Of a DNA stretch of 64,000 bases, positions 48,491-61,774 are shown piece by piece. Position numbers and translations under genes: made by a program. Source of the stretch: Ginglymostoma cirratum (Eukaryota); assembly GCA_024137785.1 (NCBI GenBank), contig JAHRHZ010000133.1, positions 25,037,874 through 25,101,873 on the forward strand, in the 5' to 3' direction. The notes beneath the pieces are model-generated. The model did no database searches. It saw only the letters and a program-made list of their open reading frames with translations, and was not told the DNA's origin. Numbering within the stretch: position 1 is the stretch's first letter; every line of letters starts with the position of its first letter.

Positions 48491-50347
48491 GCTCCCAGTA
48501 TGCTCCACCACTAGCTGCTCCAAAAAAAAAATCTTGTACACATTCTACAAATTCCTTTTCCTGGGATCTGTTACAAACCTAATTTTCCCAGTCCACCTGC
48601 ATATTGAAATCCCCCCGATGATTGTGATAGTGTCTTTCTTACATGCCTTTTTTAATCTCCTGATTAATTTCCTGCCCCATGTACTGACTTATGCTAGGAG
48701 GCCTGTACTTAACTCCCATCAAGGCCTTTTTCTCTTTGCTGTTCTTCAACTCTACTGACATGAATTCTATGCCTTCAAACACTATATATTGCTTCCCGAT
48801 GTTACTAATAAGGAAACACTGCTCCCTTTGCCTGTCCTTTTGATAGATGAAGGCCTGATCCTCTTGGAGCCATGTCTCTTTAATACCCACAACACCATAT
48901 ACATCAATTTCAATCTGCACTACAAGCTCATTTACCTTGTTTTGACTGTCGTGTACCTTCAAGTACAACACTCAGTCCTGTGTTGATTGCCCTTCCTTCT
49001 CAAAGTTGTCCCTTTACCTGCTGCCTGAAATTAGTTTCTGGGATCTTTCCATACTCTCCGTCCTGTTACTTGTTCTGTAAACTTTCATAACCTCTCCTGA
49101 AGTCTCCTCCCCATTAACCTTTTCCATGCAAATGAGCCCATGCTTCTAACTATTAAGATTGAAGCCCTATCTACTGCCGGGGACTCTGGCCCCAGGCGTG
49201 TTTCGGAAGGAGCCCATCCCATCAGAACATGCCCCTACTTCCCCAATACTGCTGCCAATGTCCCATGGATTGAAACTGGTTTCTCCCACACCAGTCTTTG
49301 AACCATGCATTTACCTCTTCAATCTTATTGACCCTATACCAATTAGCTTAAGGCTCAGACAGGCTTCCAGAGACTACTACCTTTTTGGTTCTGCATTTTT
49401 AAAATTTGGTCCTTAGCTGCTCAGATTCTCTCAGCAGAACCTCGTTCCTCTTTCTACCTGTATCATTGGTAGCTACATATCCCACTACAGCTGGATATAT
49501 CCCCTCTCACTCCAAGGTCCTCTGCAGCCTGTATGAGATATCCTGAACTTGGGCAGAAGCAGACAACACAACCTTCAGGACTCTTGATCCTGACCACAGG
49601 GAACAGTGTCTATTCCCCTGATTTTACTATCCCCGATTACAATAACATTTCTCTTTCTCCCCACTATTGAATGGCTCCCTGTAATTCGTGCAATGCTCAA
49701 TTTGCTCCAGCCTCCCTATAGCCACCACTCTTATCCATACAGGGAGCAAGAATCTCAAAACAATTAGACAAACCTGAGGGCTGAGGCTCCTTCAGTACTA
49801 TCTCCTGGATCCCCCTACTTGCCTCACTCATAGTCATATCCTCGTTCTCCAACCACTAACTGAATTCAAGGTGTTTAATCTCTGGGTTGTGAATCCTTCC
49901 TGATACACAAAATCCAAGTAACTGCTGCCCCCTCCCCTTTCCTGATGTGTCACGTTGTTCAAAGGTTGCACTGCAGCTCATCGACTGTGAGCTGGAGTTC
50001 TTCAAGCAACAATCCTTGTCACAGATGTGCTCACTCAGAAACACAAAAAGGCCCACCAGTTCCCACATCATGCAGGTACAACACATCATCTGGCCCTGCA
50101 ATCTCTATTTTAATTTACTTAGTTCTTAATTTGTTTCTTTTAAATTTTGTATTTGTCTTTTAAATTGTAACCTGTAAATATTTCTCCCATGGGCCTTCAA
50201 TAGGAAATTAACCTATAATCGTCAAAAATGAGCTGTCATCAACTAATGAACATACAGTGATGTCACTCTTTTCTACTAGGCCCTTGATCCTGGGCTTCAA
50301 CTTATCCTGTTAAAAATAAACACCTTATGAGCTATAAGCCAAACTAT

Positions 50348-50606
50348 GGGGCAGCACATTGGCTCAGTGGTTAGCAATGCTGCCTCACAGCACCAGGGAC
50401 CCTACTTCAATTCCAGCTTCAGATGACTGTATAGAGTTTACACATTCACAGTGTGTGTGCATGGGTTTCCTCCCACAGTCCAAAGATGTGCAGGCTAGTT
50501 AGATTAGCTGTGGAAAATGCAGGGTTACAGGGGTAGGCCTGGGTGAGATGTTCTGTGGAGGGTCAGTGTGGGCTAAATGGCCTGATTCCATACTATTAGG
50601 ATTTTA
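50348..50606 (+). mobile_element. HE1-like SINE
   Basis: GGGGCAGCACATTGGCTCAGTGGTTAGCAATGCTGCCTCACAGCACCAGGGAC head and CCTCCCACAGTCCAAAGATGTGCAGG body. Confidence 0.85.
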
Positions 50607-50734
50607 TTTTTCTGGAAAAAAAGCAAAGAAAAACATCTCTTTCCCTTTGCACTGAATTCTCACGTCGCCTTCAAATTCTTTAACTATATACTCACTCGGA
50701 CTGTGTCTCACTCCGGACGTAACCTCTCCTTCAT

Positions 50735-51062
50735 GATCATGCAAAGCTTATTGATAATTAATAGGGAGAAACTGTTCCCATTCATGAAAACATTGAGGAT
50801 GATAGGACAACAGCTTAAAGCGATTTGCAAACATAGCAAATTTGCTGTGAGGAAAAACATTTTCGCAAGAGTGTTTTGGGTCTGGAATGCACTACCTCGA
50901 AGTTTGGCAGAATCAATTACAGCATTCAAGAGGACATTGTTTTTATTTGAATAATTATTTAATGTGCAAGGCAAATGGCATAATGCTTGTGAAGAGCTGA
51001 TGCAGGCACAAGGGGCCAAATTACATTGTATCTGTGCTGTAACAATTCTGTGATTCTGTGAT
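50735..51062 (+). mobile_element. Old CR1 3' end (last piece of element starting at 44860)
   Basis: NREKLFP...RKNIF.RV..VWNALP...ESITAFKR followed by an ATTCTGTG repeat tail. Confidence 0.75.
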
Positions 51063-51064
51063 AT

Positions 51065-51645
51065 CATAAAACCTGGATGCTAAAAAGGTTCTGGGGCCCT
51101 GTGTTCCAGAACTAGCTATGCACCAATCCAAGCTGTTCCAATACATCCACAACAGTGGTATCTACTTGGAAATGTGGAAATTTGCCCAGTTATGGCTGTA
51201 TACAAAAAGCAGGACAAATTTAACCCAGTCAATTACTGCACTATCATTCTACATTTGGTGATCAATAAAATGATGCAAGGGTCATGAACAGTACTATCAA
51301 ACAGCATTTGTTAAGTAAAATCTGATGCTTAATTTGGGTTCTGTCAGGTCTACCCAGCTCCCGACCACATTACAATCATAGTTTAAACATGGACAAAAGA
51401 GCTGAATTCCAAAGGTAAACTCAGAGTGACAGCCCTTGACATGCTGGAACTGCCTCCCTAACTGTATTGTGGTGTACTTACAATAAATGGACTACAATAA
51501 TTTAAGAAGGCAGCTCACCACCAGAATGATAGTACAGTAATTGACTGGGTTGAATTTGTCCTGCTTTTCTCAAAGGTAATTGGAGGTGGACAATAAATCC
51601 TCGCCCAGCCAGAGAAGGCCACATCCCCAAATGACTAAAATAAAG
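51065..51645 (+). mobile_element. Old CR1/L2-group LINE, right part with 3' tail
   Basis: WKFAQ...YKKQDKFNPVNY and ALD motifs, AAHHH-type end, and tail ggacaataaat...cacatcccc. Confidence 0.65.
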
Positions 51646-51870
51646 TCACGCAACCCTCTGAGAGGATTTGCCCTCATCGCTTAGGTCATCGCTAATTTGA
51701 AAACATATACCCCTTGCTCTAGCTTACTGACAAGAATAAACATCTTTTCCACATTCACCTTGTTAAGACCATTCAGAATCGTATACACTTCAATCAAGAT
51801 TGCATCCTCTGAAGACAATCCAAGTATCAATCTCACAAACCTGCTGTGAACTGCCTCCAACGCATTCCCA
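51645..51870 (-). mobile_element. CR1 fragment, continuation of 44288-44505
   Basis: Colinear reverse-complement CR1 ORF2 end (caaccctctgagag...ccctcatc...atacacttcaatcaagat). Confidence 0.6.
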
Positions 51871-53289
51871 TCAGGAAAAAGGTGATTATATCATGATAGA
51901 CTTGACACGCTCATGAGCTGGTTCTCCAGTTTACAGATTGTGATGCAGAGTCCAGCTTTTCGTGATACCCGGCAGCAACTGAAGACTTACATGTTGAGAA
52001 AAATACAGTTTCTGTTGATTGTGTGGTTCTTCAGAACACAATATTTTCCGAGTAAATTACTTCTTCCTTTAGATTCCCCATGATAAGCTTTTAAACCATC
52101 TCCTACCTGTGATTTTTCTCTTTTAGTTACTACCTCAGTTGCTGTTGAGCTCTGACCCTTTAAGTAAGAAACAAAGGGAAGCTGTTTCTTCTACATGTAT
52201 TGATGCAATCTTCATAATTGGAGATTCCAAGGGAATCGCATCTTCACTAAGAATAAAAAAGCATCTTGAGTATCTAAAGCACAAAATGATATCACCAAAA
52301 CTAGTCTATAATTTACGATTCAACTTATTTCATATTTAGAATTAATATTGAAAACTGAAGCCTACAATTATGTGAAGAGTATATGAACTAAATATACAAT
52401 GAAGGTCTACACTATTATAGCTTTTTTTTAACACTCATAACTTAAAGATGAGTTTGTTATGAATGAGCTATCAGGTTAAAAGGATAAAAATGTGTCTTCT
52501 TTATAAGAATAAAAATCTTCTTCTTTACATTGAGTGAGTGAACTAAAATAAGGTTGGAGTATAACTGACAGCTGAATCAACATTTTCTAATAAAAATATT
52601 TTGTTTTTTTAGGTCAATTGAGGAGCTTGTTTACTTACAACTACAGTTATTTGTTGTCTTACTTATGTTAAACATCATTTGAAACTGATTAACTGAGAAT
52701 GTACTTAAATCCAGACATCAGCCCTTTTTTTTATTTACACTGTGCATTTTGATAGCAACATTAATGGAGACAAACGTTCTCAGCTGCTACACTGAGGATT
52801 AAGAAAAAGACACAGATGCAAGAATACCAAACTATAAAGAGGCAACAATTTGTATTGAGTGAGAAAAAGATGCTGATCAGTTGGCAAGGTGACTCTGATT
52901 GAATGAGGATCTACTATAGATAATTCATCAAGCAATGCTTTTGATTAATTTGAAAAAGGCTCAATGTTTTGATGTGTTTCTTTTTCCTATAACATGGGTC
53001 TCTGTACAGTCATATGTGTAACTTTTAGTAAACATTGCATGCCAGGCATACAATCTTTATTTGGTTGTTAGCACAACTGTTAGCATGCTCAATTGTCAGA
53101 AAATGATGTCAAATTGTGGAATTACATTCGAATGTTATCATTATGTTCCAAACTTTGTACACATGGATTGGGTGAGCACAATTAGATCCTTGCCTATTGC
53201 AAATGGTTGAAAGGGTGTGCCGTTTGATATGATCTTCCAGTTGTAAATGATACTAAATCAAATAAGAAGATGTAACAAAGGGTGACCGG

Positions 53290-54180
53290 AAGTTGCATCT
53301 ACAAGTTTGGCTTTAAGTGTTTTAAAAGGAGGAAATGATGAATGAAATGCAAGAAGGGAACTCCAGACCATGGAATTCAGATGGCTGAGGTGATTGTTGA
53401 GCTGAATGAAGACAAGATACGTAAGAAAACAAAGCCAGAGAAATGTATTCTTTGGACAAGGAACTGGAGGTGGCCTCAGAATTTAGAAAACTATGAAGAA
53501 GTTTAAAAATAAGAATGAGAATTTTAATGTATGAGCTGTATTGGACTTAGCATGAGATAGGAAATGGGCATCAGAGTTTTGGATGAGCTGAAAGCTAAGA
53601 GGCAAACCGGGTGAACGCTGGAATAGTTGAGTCAGGAAATGGCAAAGGCATGACGACCAGATTAGTAAGTTAGTGGCAGATAGGGATGCTACATATGGTG
53701 CATGATGGAGATGGTATGGAATAAGAACTCTCCTTTGGCTGGAATAAAACAAGGATTGTAGAATCACTACAGTGCAGATAGAGGCCATTTGGCCCATTGA
53801 GTCTGCGCCGACCCTCTGAAGAGCACACCACCAAAACACACCCACGCACCCACCCATCATATCCCCATGATGCCATATTTATCATTGTTAATCCATATAG
53901 CCTGTACGTCCTGGCTACTATGGAACAATTGTAGCATGGCCAATCTATCTGACCTGCACATCTTTGGCCTGTGGGAAGCTCCTGGAGTACCCAGTGGAAA
54001 CACATGCAGGCTCAGAAAGAACATGCAAACGTGAAGTCGCAAACGCTCTAGTTCAACTTGAAACAATGGCCAGGAGCAGCTTTGAATCAGTGTTGAAGGA
54101 ACTAGGTTCATGAAGGAAGCTGAAAGAGAAGCTTTTGGACTATCAGATATTTACTTATTGTGGGAGTAGAAGTGGAAGTT
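53290..54180 (-). mobile_element. Decayed L2-type LINE, interrupted by a SINE
   Basis: Minus strand FQLIQNSDAH (L2-type LQL.QN.AAR) and FKIL-like segment. Confidence 0.5.
53757..54035 (-). mobile_element. HE1-like SINE (5' head missing)
   Basis: Reverse complement has TTTGCATGTTCT...TGCATGTGTTTCC...CTTCCCACAGGCCAAAGATGTGCAGGTCAG...GCTCTTCAGAGGGTCGG...GGGCCAAATGGCCTC. Confidence 0.8.
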
Positions 54181-55409
54181 GATCACATCCCATGAAGTAA
54201 CCCAATTTAACTCTTCTAATTACGTTTTAGAAAAGTATCAATGTCCACTCAATACTAGTTATTGGCCAATTAATTTTTTGACTGCTGCAAATAAGTTTCT
54301 AAAGGAATTTGTAATAATTTATTTTTACGTGGTTCAAATAGTTGCCATTGGATGTACAGTTGATTGCATTGTTCATTTCCACTAATTCTTCACAATTACT
54401 GCAGTCACCTCCTCCCCAATTATGAATTTGTTAATGTCAAATCTCACAAATTTCTTCAGAACTGACATGCGTAAGTTATTTTTGAGCAGCAATTACCAAT
54501 TGAAATTTTAAAACATTGAGTTCCAAATGAATAATTAGATTTGCAAGCTGTATTTGTCTTGCCAATCAAGTTGCAATTAAAAATTCCTTAATGATATCCA
54601 TGATACGTACAAAACTCAAAGAATTCTCAATATCTTGTGAGGAAAATAGTGTCCCTTAATTTTCATTTCTGCTTGTCAGTTTTCTCCTCCACCACTCTGC
54701 TCTTCAACAGAATTATGCCTTGTTGGAGTATGATTACTTGCTGGTATTATTCTCCAAAGTGGGCTTTTATTCATGTGAGTCTGAGCAGTGAATTTCAACA
54801 GATTAATTGGTCACATGAAGCATCAAAGAAAAATAATCAGGGAGTGAGGGGCAAGCGGTGGGTGGATGACCTTATTTCATTTTCGCAACTTTATCCTGCT
54901 GACTCATCTCTTACAAATGAGGCAATACAAAATATTTTTTTCATTTTTGAGTTGAACAAGAAAGAACAGAATGTTTTAAAGAGTAAAAATCCTTTACTTT
55001 TCTGTCATATTTCTGTGCACCTGTATCATTTTGAACTGGTTCACTTATCCCATCCTTTCTTTGTGTAGAGCAATGGCCTCAAGAGAAAAGTGCATATTGT
55101 ACCAAACTGTTTTTTTTAACACAATTACAATACTAGTACAAGTACCAGTTTTGAAGTGGTGATGGTAAAGTTACATTGCCCACTTCCATTGTAATTTAAT
55201 CAGCTTAATCAGAACTGAGCAGTTATACTTTTGACTCATTCTCCAGCTGATGATGAAATGTTTAAGCTTTCAATGATAGAAAGGAGTCAACTATTCTGTA
55301 AGATGTTAGCTAACTTTAAACGGGCTTAAACAATTCAGTAAATGACTTTAATAACATTTGAAGTTATAGGTTTGGTTTAAATTGGCTTTATTATTTTGAA
55401 AGCTATAAA

Positions 55410-55720
55410 AGAATGAACTTGCATTTAAGCAGCAATTTATTACATCTCTTCAAAATCTTCTGGCGTGTATTAAATGAATTTCATTGTTATGTAGATGAAC
55501 AGAACTAATAATCAGCACTAAGCAGCAGCCCACGAACAGCAATAAAACAAATTATCAGGTAATCAGTTTATGGCTGAATTGCTTGAGGGTCAAATTTAAG
55601 CAAGATATTGACAGAACTCTTCAAATTGTACCAGGGATTTTTTTACATCAACTTGAATCAATATAACAACAACAATTTGCATTTAAATAACATTTTCCAC
55701 ACCCACAAAAAAATTATATG
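55410..55720 (-). mobile_element. Highly decayed SacSINE1-like remnants
   Basis: aatgaacttgcatttaa, cccacgaacagcaat and gggattttttacatcaacttga blocks resemble the reverse complement of the Deu-SINE body and tail. Confidence 0.4.
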
Positions 55721-56954
55721 GTGCTTCACGGGTACTTTAGTCGGGTCAGGTAGTGGAAAGTTTATCCAGGCAGGGAAGCTTCATCAAGGGCAAAATGATG
55801 CCACCTCTGAACCATGTTTCTGTCAAAGCTAGGACGTAAGTGCAGTCATTTCAGAATAAAGCTGGATAGCAGGTATCTTACATAAGAGTGAGCAGACACC
55901 CTGGGGAGAAATTTAGAGATGGATGGTAATTGATTACTGTCAGAATCCAAAAGGCAGTTGTGGATGGGGTGAATGACAACTAATGTAACTTACAGTATTA
56001 ACATCTGGAGGGACCAGAAGGCTAGAAAGGAGTATAGATTGCTGCTGATACAGCATGTAAGGTCTAACATCTCAGTCTACCCTCTGTAGAGCCGAAGACA
56101 GACATGGAGGATAACTATGGTCGCACAAAGGAGGGGCTCAAGCCAAAGACAAAAAAACAAGAAAGTGTATTTCGAAGAGTAGGGCAGTAACATCTGCAAC
56201 AATGCAGTACTCCCTCAGCACTACATTTCAACTTTCAGCCTGATATTCTGTTATTAAACAGTGAGTTGACAGCACCAGCTTACTTCATCGGACTCAACAC
56301 CACTGTTGGATCAGGCAGGTCAAAAGTCATGCAATGTGAATGGAAAGGTTTTAGACCTAGTGGTTCAGACTGAGGCATGAAACACCATGGTCCTTAAGTC
56401 CATAATTATGAATATTGAATGGGAAATCTGCTGTCTGGTCAGGTAACTAAGTAAGCCTCATCCCACTCATCCTCACCATCCTCCCCCCAACCCTTGCACC
56501 CCAAACAAGATTCTGGTATGCAAATCTCCTTAATGGGAAACTTATTCAGCATCTTCATTGTTAAATGTTAGCCATGTTGTTCAATAATTGAATTTAGCTG
56601 TGAGATTGCCTTTAAAAATTATTGACAATAGTGCTCTTTGTCTTGTTTTCTTAATTTGGTCAGTAAGTTCATCTGAATTAATTCCCTCATGGATACCCGC
56701 AACCTGGATCAAAAGAACAAAGTAGTCAATATTTGAAATCTTAGAAAAAAATACAAACTTTTTAAATGTATAGCTTCTCTTTTGAAACAGCTGTAATTAA
56801 ACAGTACTTGGTAAAAATTTGCGGCACTGAGAGTGAGATAGCCTTCATCACTTGGTAAAGATTCTGATGCAGCAACAGTCAAATGGTCTTATAGACAAAT
56901 AGAGCTTTTCACTGGAGCATTTTGTTGCTATTCAAAATCAGGATGACGATAGAT

Positions 56955-57050
56955 TTTGAAACGGTCACCAGACACAAAACATTAACTCTGATTTCTCTTC
57001 ACAGATGCTGCCAGACGTGCTGAGCTTTTCCAGCAACTTCTGTTTTTTGT
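56955..57050 (+). mobile_element. Decayed short Penelope-like repeat (family of 4944-5072)
   Basis: ggtcaccagacacaaaacattaactctgatttctcttcacagatgctgccagacgtgctgagcttttccagcaacttctg is the reverse-complement equivalent of 4985-5065. Confidence 0.7.
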
Positions 57051-57419
57051 TTTTGTTGTTAATGGAGTCTGAAAGTTTGAATTTGGCCTTAACTCTTGAA
57101 AACATTATCATCCATGTATAAATCATAACTTAGAGTTCTAAATTTCACCAAAGACCAGAATCTTCCACAGTGGAGCCTCCTCTAGAGTCAAGTTGCATTT
57201 AAACATTCTGTGAATTTTGTTTTGAATATGCAGGTACTCAGATGTGAAATGGGAATAATTGTTACAAATCATTATAAAGGCTTGCAGCCTCTGCAAAGTA
57301 TTTAACTCATAAACTTCCCTGCTTTATTCAATGCAAAATTCAATTTCTAATTTACTCAGTCATCATAGTATATTTTAAGCACAGCACATTTAGGAGCTTG
57401 TAATAGCCTTTCTAAGCTC

Positions 57420-58220
57420 AGAAGTGGGGATATTCACTAATGAATGCATAGTGTTAAATACCCATTTGTCATTCCTCAGATGCTGAAACAATCCCTGCCC
57501 ACGTTAGCAAAACCTGGACAACATTTGCACTTGGGCTGATTATAGACAAGAGGGAATCTAACCATCTTCCCTTGACCTTCAATGAAATTGATATTGCCAA
57601 ATTCCCTCAACATCAAGCTTCTGAGTGTTACCAAACAACTTAAATGGACCAGCCAAATAAATAGAGTAGCTCCAAGTGTAGATCAGAGGCTTGAAATCTA
57701 CCTCCTGGCTCACCAAATTCTGCTGTCTACAAGGCTCAAGTCAGGAGTATGCCAGTATACTGCTAACTTCCTTGCATGTCTGTAGCTCTAAGGAGCTCAG
57801 CATCATTCAGGACAAAACCTATTGCTTGATTGGCACAACACCTTAAACATTCACACCATTTCCCAACAGTGCATAGTGACAGCCACGTGTGCCATCTGCA
57901 AGATGCAATGTGGCAACTCAACAGGGCTCTTTCGACAGCCTCTTTCAAACCTATGACTTCTACCACAAAGAAGGATGCATGTGAACACAAACATCTGCAT
58001 ATTTTCCTCCATCAATCTTTCTCGGAACGATATCATCTCCTTTCACTGTCACTGGAATAAAATTGTGCAACTTGCTCTCTAATACTATTGTAGATGTACC
58101 TACACCACATGGACAGCAATGGTTCAAGAACATAGCTCACCACCGCCTCTTCAATCAATTAGAGATGGGCACCAATTACTGATCTTGCCAGTAATGCCTA
58201 TGCACCAAGAACAAATACAA
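57420..58220 (+). mobile_element. Decayed CR1/L2-group LINE 3' part
   Basis: Degenerate FADDC region, YKAQVRS motif, IQDK...LI, WFKN.AHH end and a tail shared with 51440-51645. Confidence 0.7.
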
Positions 58221-58394
58221 ACAAATCAGGAGAGCTTTTCAATTCATGTTTCTAATGCCTTAAGATACATTTAATTTAATCAAAAATAATACAGTGCAGA
58301 TCTCATTGAACACGGGTAAAAATAAAAAAACAAAAATAGAATACAGCAAAATCCAGTAACAGTTTGAAGACAGCATGTTAGCAAGTGCAATGAG

Positions 58395-58772
58395 GAGACA
58401 ATGACATCGTGATAACACTCCTGGAGAAGCATTCCAGAACCCCAAGATAATGTTCTTGGGTGCAAGGGTTTGAATCCCAGCATTGTAGATAGTAAAATTT
58501 GAATTCAATGAAAATCTGGAATTAAAAGTCTAATGAAGACCATGACCAATGTTGGGAAAAAAAACTCATCTGATTCACAAATGCCCTTTAGGGAAAGAAG
58601 TCTTGTCCTTACCTGGTCCGCCCCCCACCATGTGACTCCAGACTCACAGCAATGTGATTGACTCTAAGTTACCCTCTGAAATGATCCTAGCAAGCCTCTC
58701 AGATCAAGGGATGAGCAACAAATGCTGACCCAGCTAGAAACACCTACATCCCATGAACAAATTTTTTAAAAA
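58395..58772 (+). mobile_element. tRNA-derived SINE with LINE-derived tail (family of 3403-3730)
   Basis: B-box GGGTTTGAATCCC, body matching the reverse complement of 3403-3730, and tail AAATGCTGACCCAGC...CACCTACATCCCATGAAC. Confidence 0.75.
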
Positions 58773-59749
58773 ATGCCCGAGCTCATACATGAATCTGTGT
58801 AGCTTTGGTGTGGAAGGCAGAGCAGGGAAGCTGGTTCATGTGTGGACATGAACATGATCAAAGGGTTTGAAAGACAGCAGAAAGATATTAAGAAGATTGT
58901 GCCTTTTACTTACATGGATAACACAGAATTCTGCAAGCATCTGGGCTTCATAATTAAAATGTGTACCTGTGAATGCAAAAATGGACGAAATCTGAGTTTA
59001 ACACATTTACTTTTCCATTGTATTAAAGTTTAATTTCATAAATATTTATGCAGCAACAGTTTTACCTGAATGTTATCCGACTGATATTTCTAAATGATGC
59101 TCACCCCAGTAAAATTGCCTTTTTGCTTTTACAGAATCCCTTGCATTTTCTGCTCATCTTAGCAAAGCAGATAAAATTATTTCAGACAAACCAGGCAAAA
59201 ATATAAGTAAATGCACCTGGTTTTGGTAAGTTGACAGTAAGACATGGATATGGAGTTCAGCTATTTTGACTGAGAAGAGAAAATCTATAACATTAATGTG
59301 TACAGTAGTGTAACTACATGGGTTAACACCTTATACATGAATAAATATTTCTTAACATTGCAAAATGCATTTCTTATGTCATGAAACCAGAGTGATTGAG
59401 AATGGTATCTAGAAAGTAACGTATGACATAAGCATAGCAGACTCCTTTGAACATTCATTTCTTACAAAATACTGCATTTCAGTCAATAAGCTAGTGATAT
59501 CATTCAGAAGTTATGATATTTTGTATTCAGTGGTATAAATTCCAGTATTGTAACAGTTTTGGCAAAATTATGTGGCATTGATATGTGAGTTCTTTGTCAT
59601 TGCCATAAAATATTCCCATGAAAAGGAATCCATAGTTGTAAAATGGGGAAAATTTTTAAAAACATTTTCCTCACTTCATATTACTATTTTTTAAATAATG
59701 TCACCTATTTTATGATGTATATTTCACTGAGAAACTAATTCTGCTTTCA

Positions 59750-60530
59750 GAGATAGGAGCAGGAATGGGCCATTCAGCCCCTAAAACACTGTCCACTTTC
59801 TAGATCGTGGTTGATGAACTACCTCAAAGTCATGTTATTGTGTCATCCCAATATTCTTTGATGCCATTCATAACTTGAAATTTATCAATCTCTGTCTCAA
59901 ACTTACTTAATGACTGAGCTTCCAATGTTCACTGCTCTTTGATTGATGAAGTTGCTCCTCATCTCAGTTTCAAAAGGGGCACCTTTAATTCTAAGACTGT
60001 GTCCCCTTATTGTAGACCTCACAGCCAAGGGAAGCCTTCTTTCTGCATCTACTCAGTCTTTTCCTTTAAACATTTTGTAAGTTTCTATGAGATCATTTTA
60101 CATTCTTCTAAACTCCAGAGAATACAGGCCTAGTCTCCTCAATCTGTCTTTATGGCCTAGTAGCCCGGCCACTTGCCGCAGTGGGAAGTGTCCGCGGGAG
60201 GGGCAGAAGCCAGCAGGTGCTCCCTCCAGCATGTGGGCCAATCCCCGATATTGGAAACCTTTCAAATGCTTTCGGAGCAGGAATTAGTCTGCTGAAACTC
60301 CACTGCGCTCTTCCTGTGGTGAGTATATCATTCCGTAGGCAAGGGGACCAGAACTCCAGTAGCAGCCTCACAAGTGATCGATACAATAGAAACAAGACAT
60401 CTTTGCTCCTGTACTCAAAATTGTACTGTGATAAAGGCTACCATACTGCTTGGCTTCTCAATTGTTTGCTACACTTGCATTGCCACTTTCACTGATTTAA
60501 AAATAAAGACAACTAGATCCCTTATGATGA
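59750..60530 (-). mobile_element. Decayed CR1 LINE 3' part with a GC-rich insertion
   Basis: ataggagcaggaatgggccattcagccc tail and minus-strand LYRSLVRLLLEFWSPCLRND. Confidence 0.8.
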
Positions 60531-61124
60531 CACATCATCTCAAAATTTTAATATGTTATCTTGTAACATGTCTTTTTTAATACTCTATCACATACTGCTT
60601 TTCTGCACCGAAAAATAGATTCCAATATAAATGATTTAAGAGTTCTGACTTTAGAAATTGCACAACATGGACATATAAGATAATCAAAATACATTCTCCA
60701 TACATTTACTCCTTCTCTCCATTGTAGTATTGTGCCCCCATGCATGGGATTGCTTGTTGTTCAAGGCTACCATATTTTAATAAATTAACTTTTAGCAGCT
60801 AACTTGGGATGTGGTTTTAGTAATAAAATCCTGATTTTTAACTCTCGGTTTCTTCAAGACTGGTACTGTCCAAAATCCTGCTCTGCATACAGCCCAGAAT
60901 GTTATAGTCAATTTGTGAGAGTGAGATAGGAGTGAGGTAGGGGTTGGGGGAGGTGGTTTAATAGCACAAGGACCCAAAGGAACATTCCCAGGCATGAAAA
61001 TGGATGAAATTTATCAGCCTGCAAAAGTCTGTTGTCAGACAGAATGGGAAGGCTGAGGCTCAATATCAGAATTTTCTACAATGAAGGGCTATAAAAGTTG
61101 AAAAGTTTACCACATTTTGAGTGA

Positions 61125-61772
61125 AGAAATTCCTCCCCATGGGAGAGGTCACACCTTATCCTCAGGTTATGTACCTGGTTTTAGACTCAACAGCCATAAG
61201 AAATATCACCCTGTCACAAACTGTAAGAATGTTGTCAATTTAAATCAGGTCACTTCACATTCTTCTAAACTCTGGAGAAAACAAACTGAGTTCCTTCAAT
61301 CTCTCAACATAACACAATCCTAGCATCCCAGAGATTAATTTGATGAACCCTCATTGCATTCCCTCAATGGCAAGTGTATCCTTCCTTTCATAAGGAGTCC
61401 AAACTTGACACAATAGGAGTGGTCTCACCATAGGTCTACAGAATTATAACAGGACACCTTTACTTCTGAACTCAAATTCCATTGTAGTGAAGACCAACAT
61501 ACCACTTGCCTAAATGCTTGCTGCACCAGCAAGCTAACTTTTAGTGCCTCATGAATCATAACACTCAGGTGTCTTTGGACACCTGCACTTCTAACATCTC
61601 ACCATTAAAGCCTGTCTGCACTTTTTCTCCCCAAGTGAATAATTTTACATTTATTCACATTATATATTCCTTCTGCAATGTTCTTGCCCTTTCGCTTAGC
61701 CAGGTTAAATCCTCATGAATCCCTCTTGCATTGTCCCCACAATTTATGTTCCATCCAGTCTTGTGTCATCAG
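61125..61772 (-). mobile_element. Decayed CR1 LINE fragment
   Basis: Minus strand ADDTRL at ~61755-61772, and MVRPL and FSPEFRR motifs. Confidence 0.7.
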
Positions 61773-61774
61773 CT

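Larger units (their letters stand above)
46398..50720 (-). mobile_element. Near-full-length decayed CR1 LINE (ORF1 zinc finger + SGNH esterase; ORF2 APE endonuclease + RT)
   Basis: Minus strand carries CCTCMMWE...HICDK (49856-50101), VIGDSKIRGID (~49608-49640), LYL...NKVNELVVQIE...GIKETWLQ (48639-48971), DKSHGPDGLHTRVLK (47216-47434) and a CR1 tail at ~46400. Internal deletions are present and the 5' boundary is uncertain. Confidence 0.9.
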
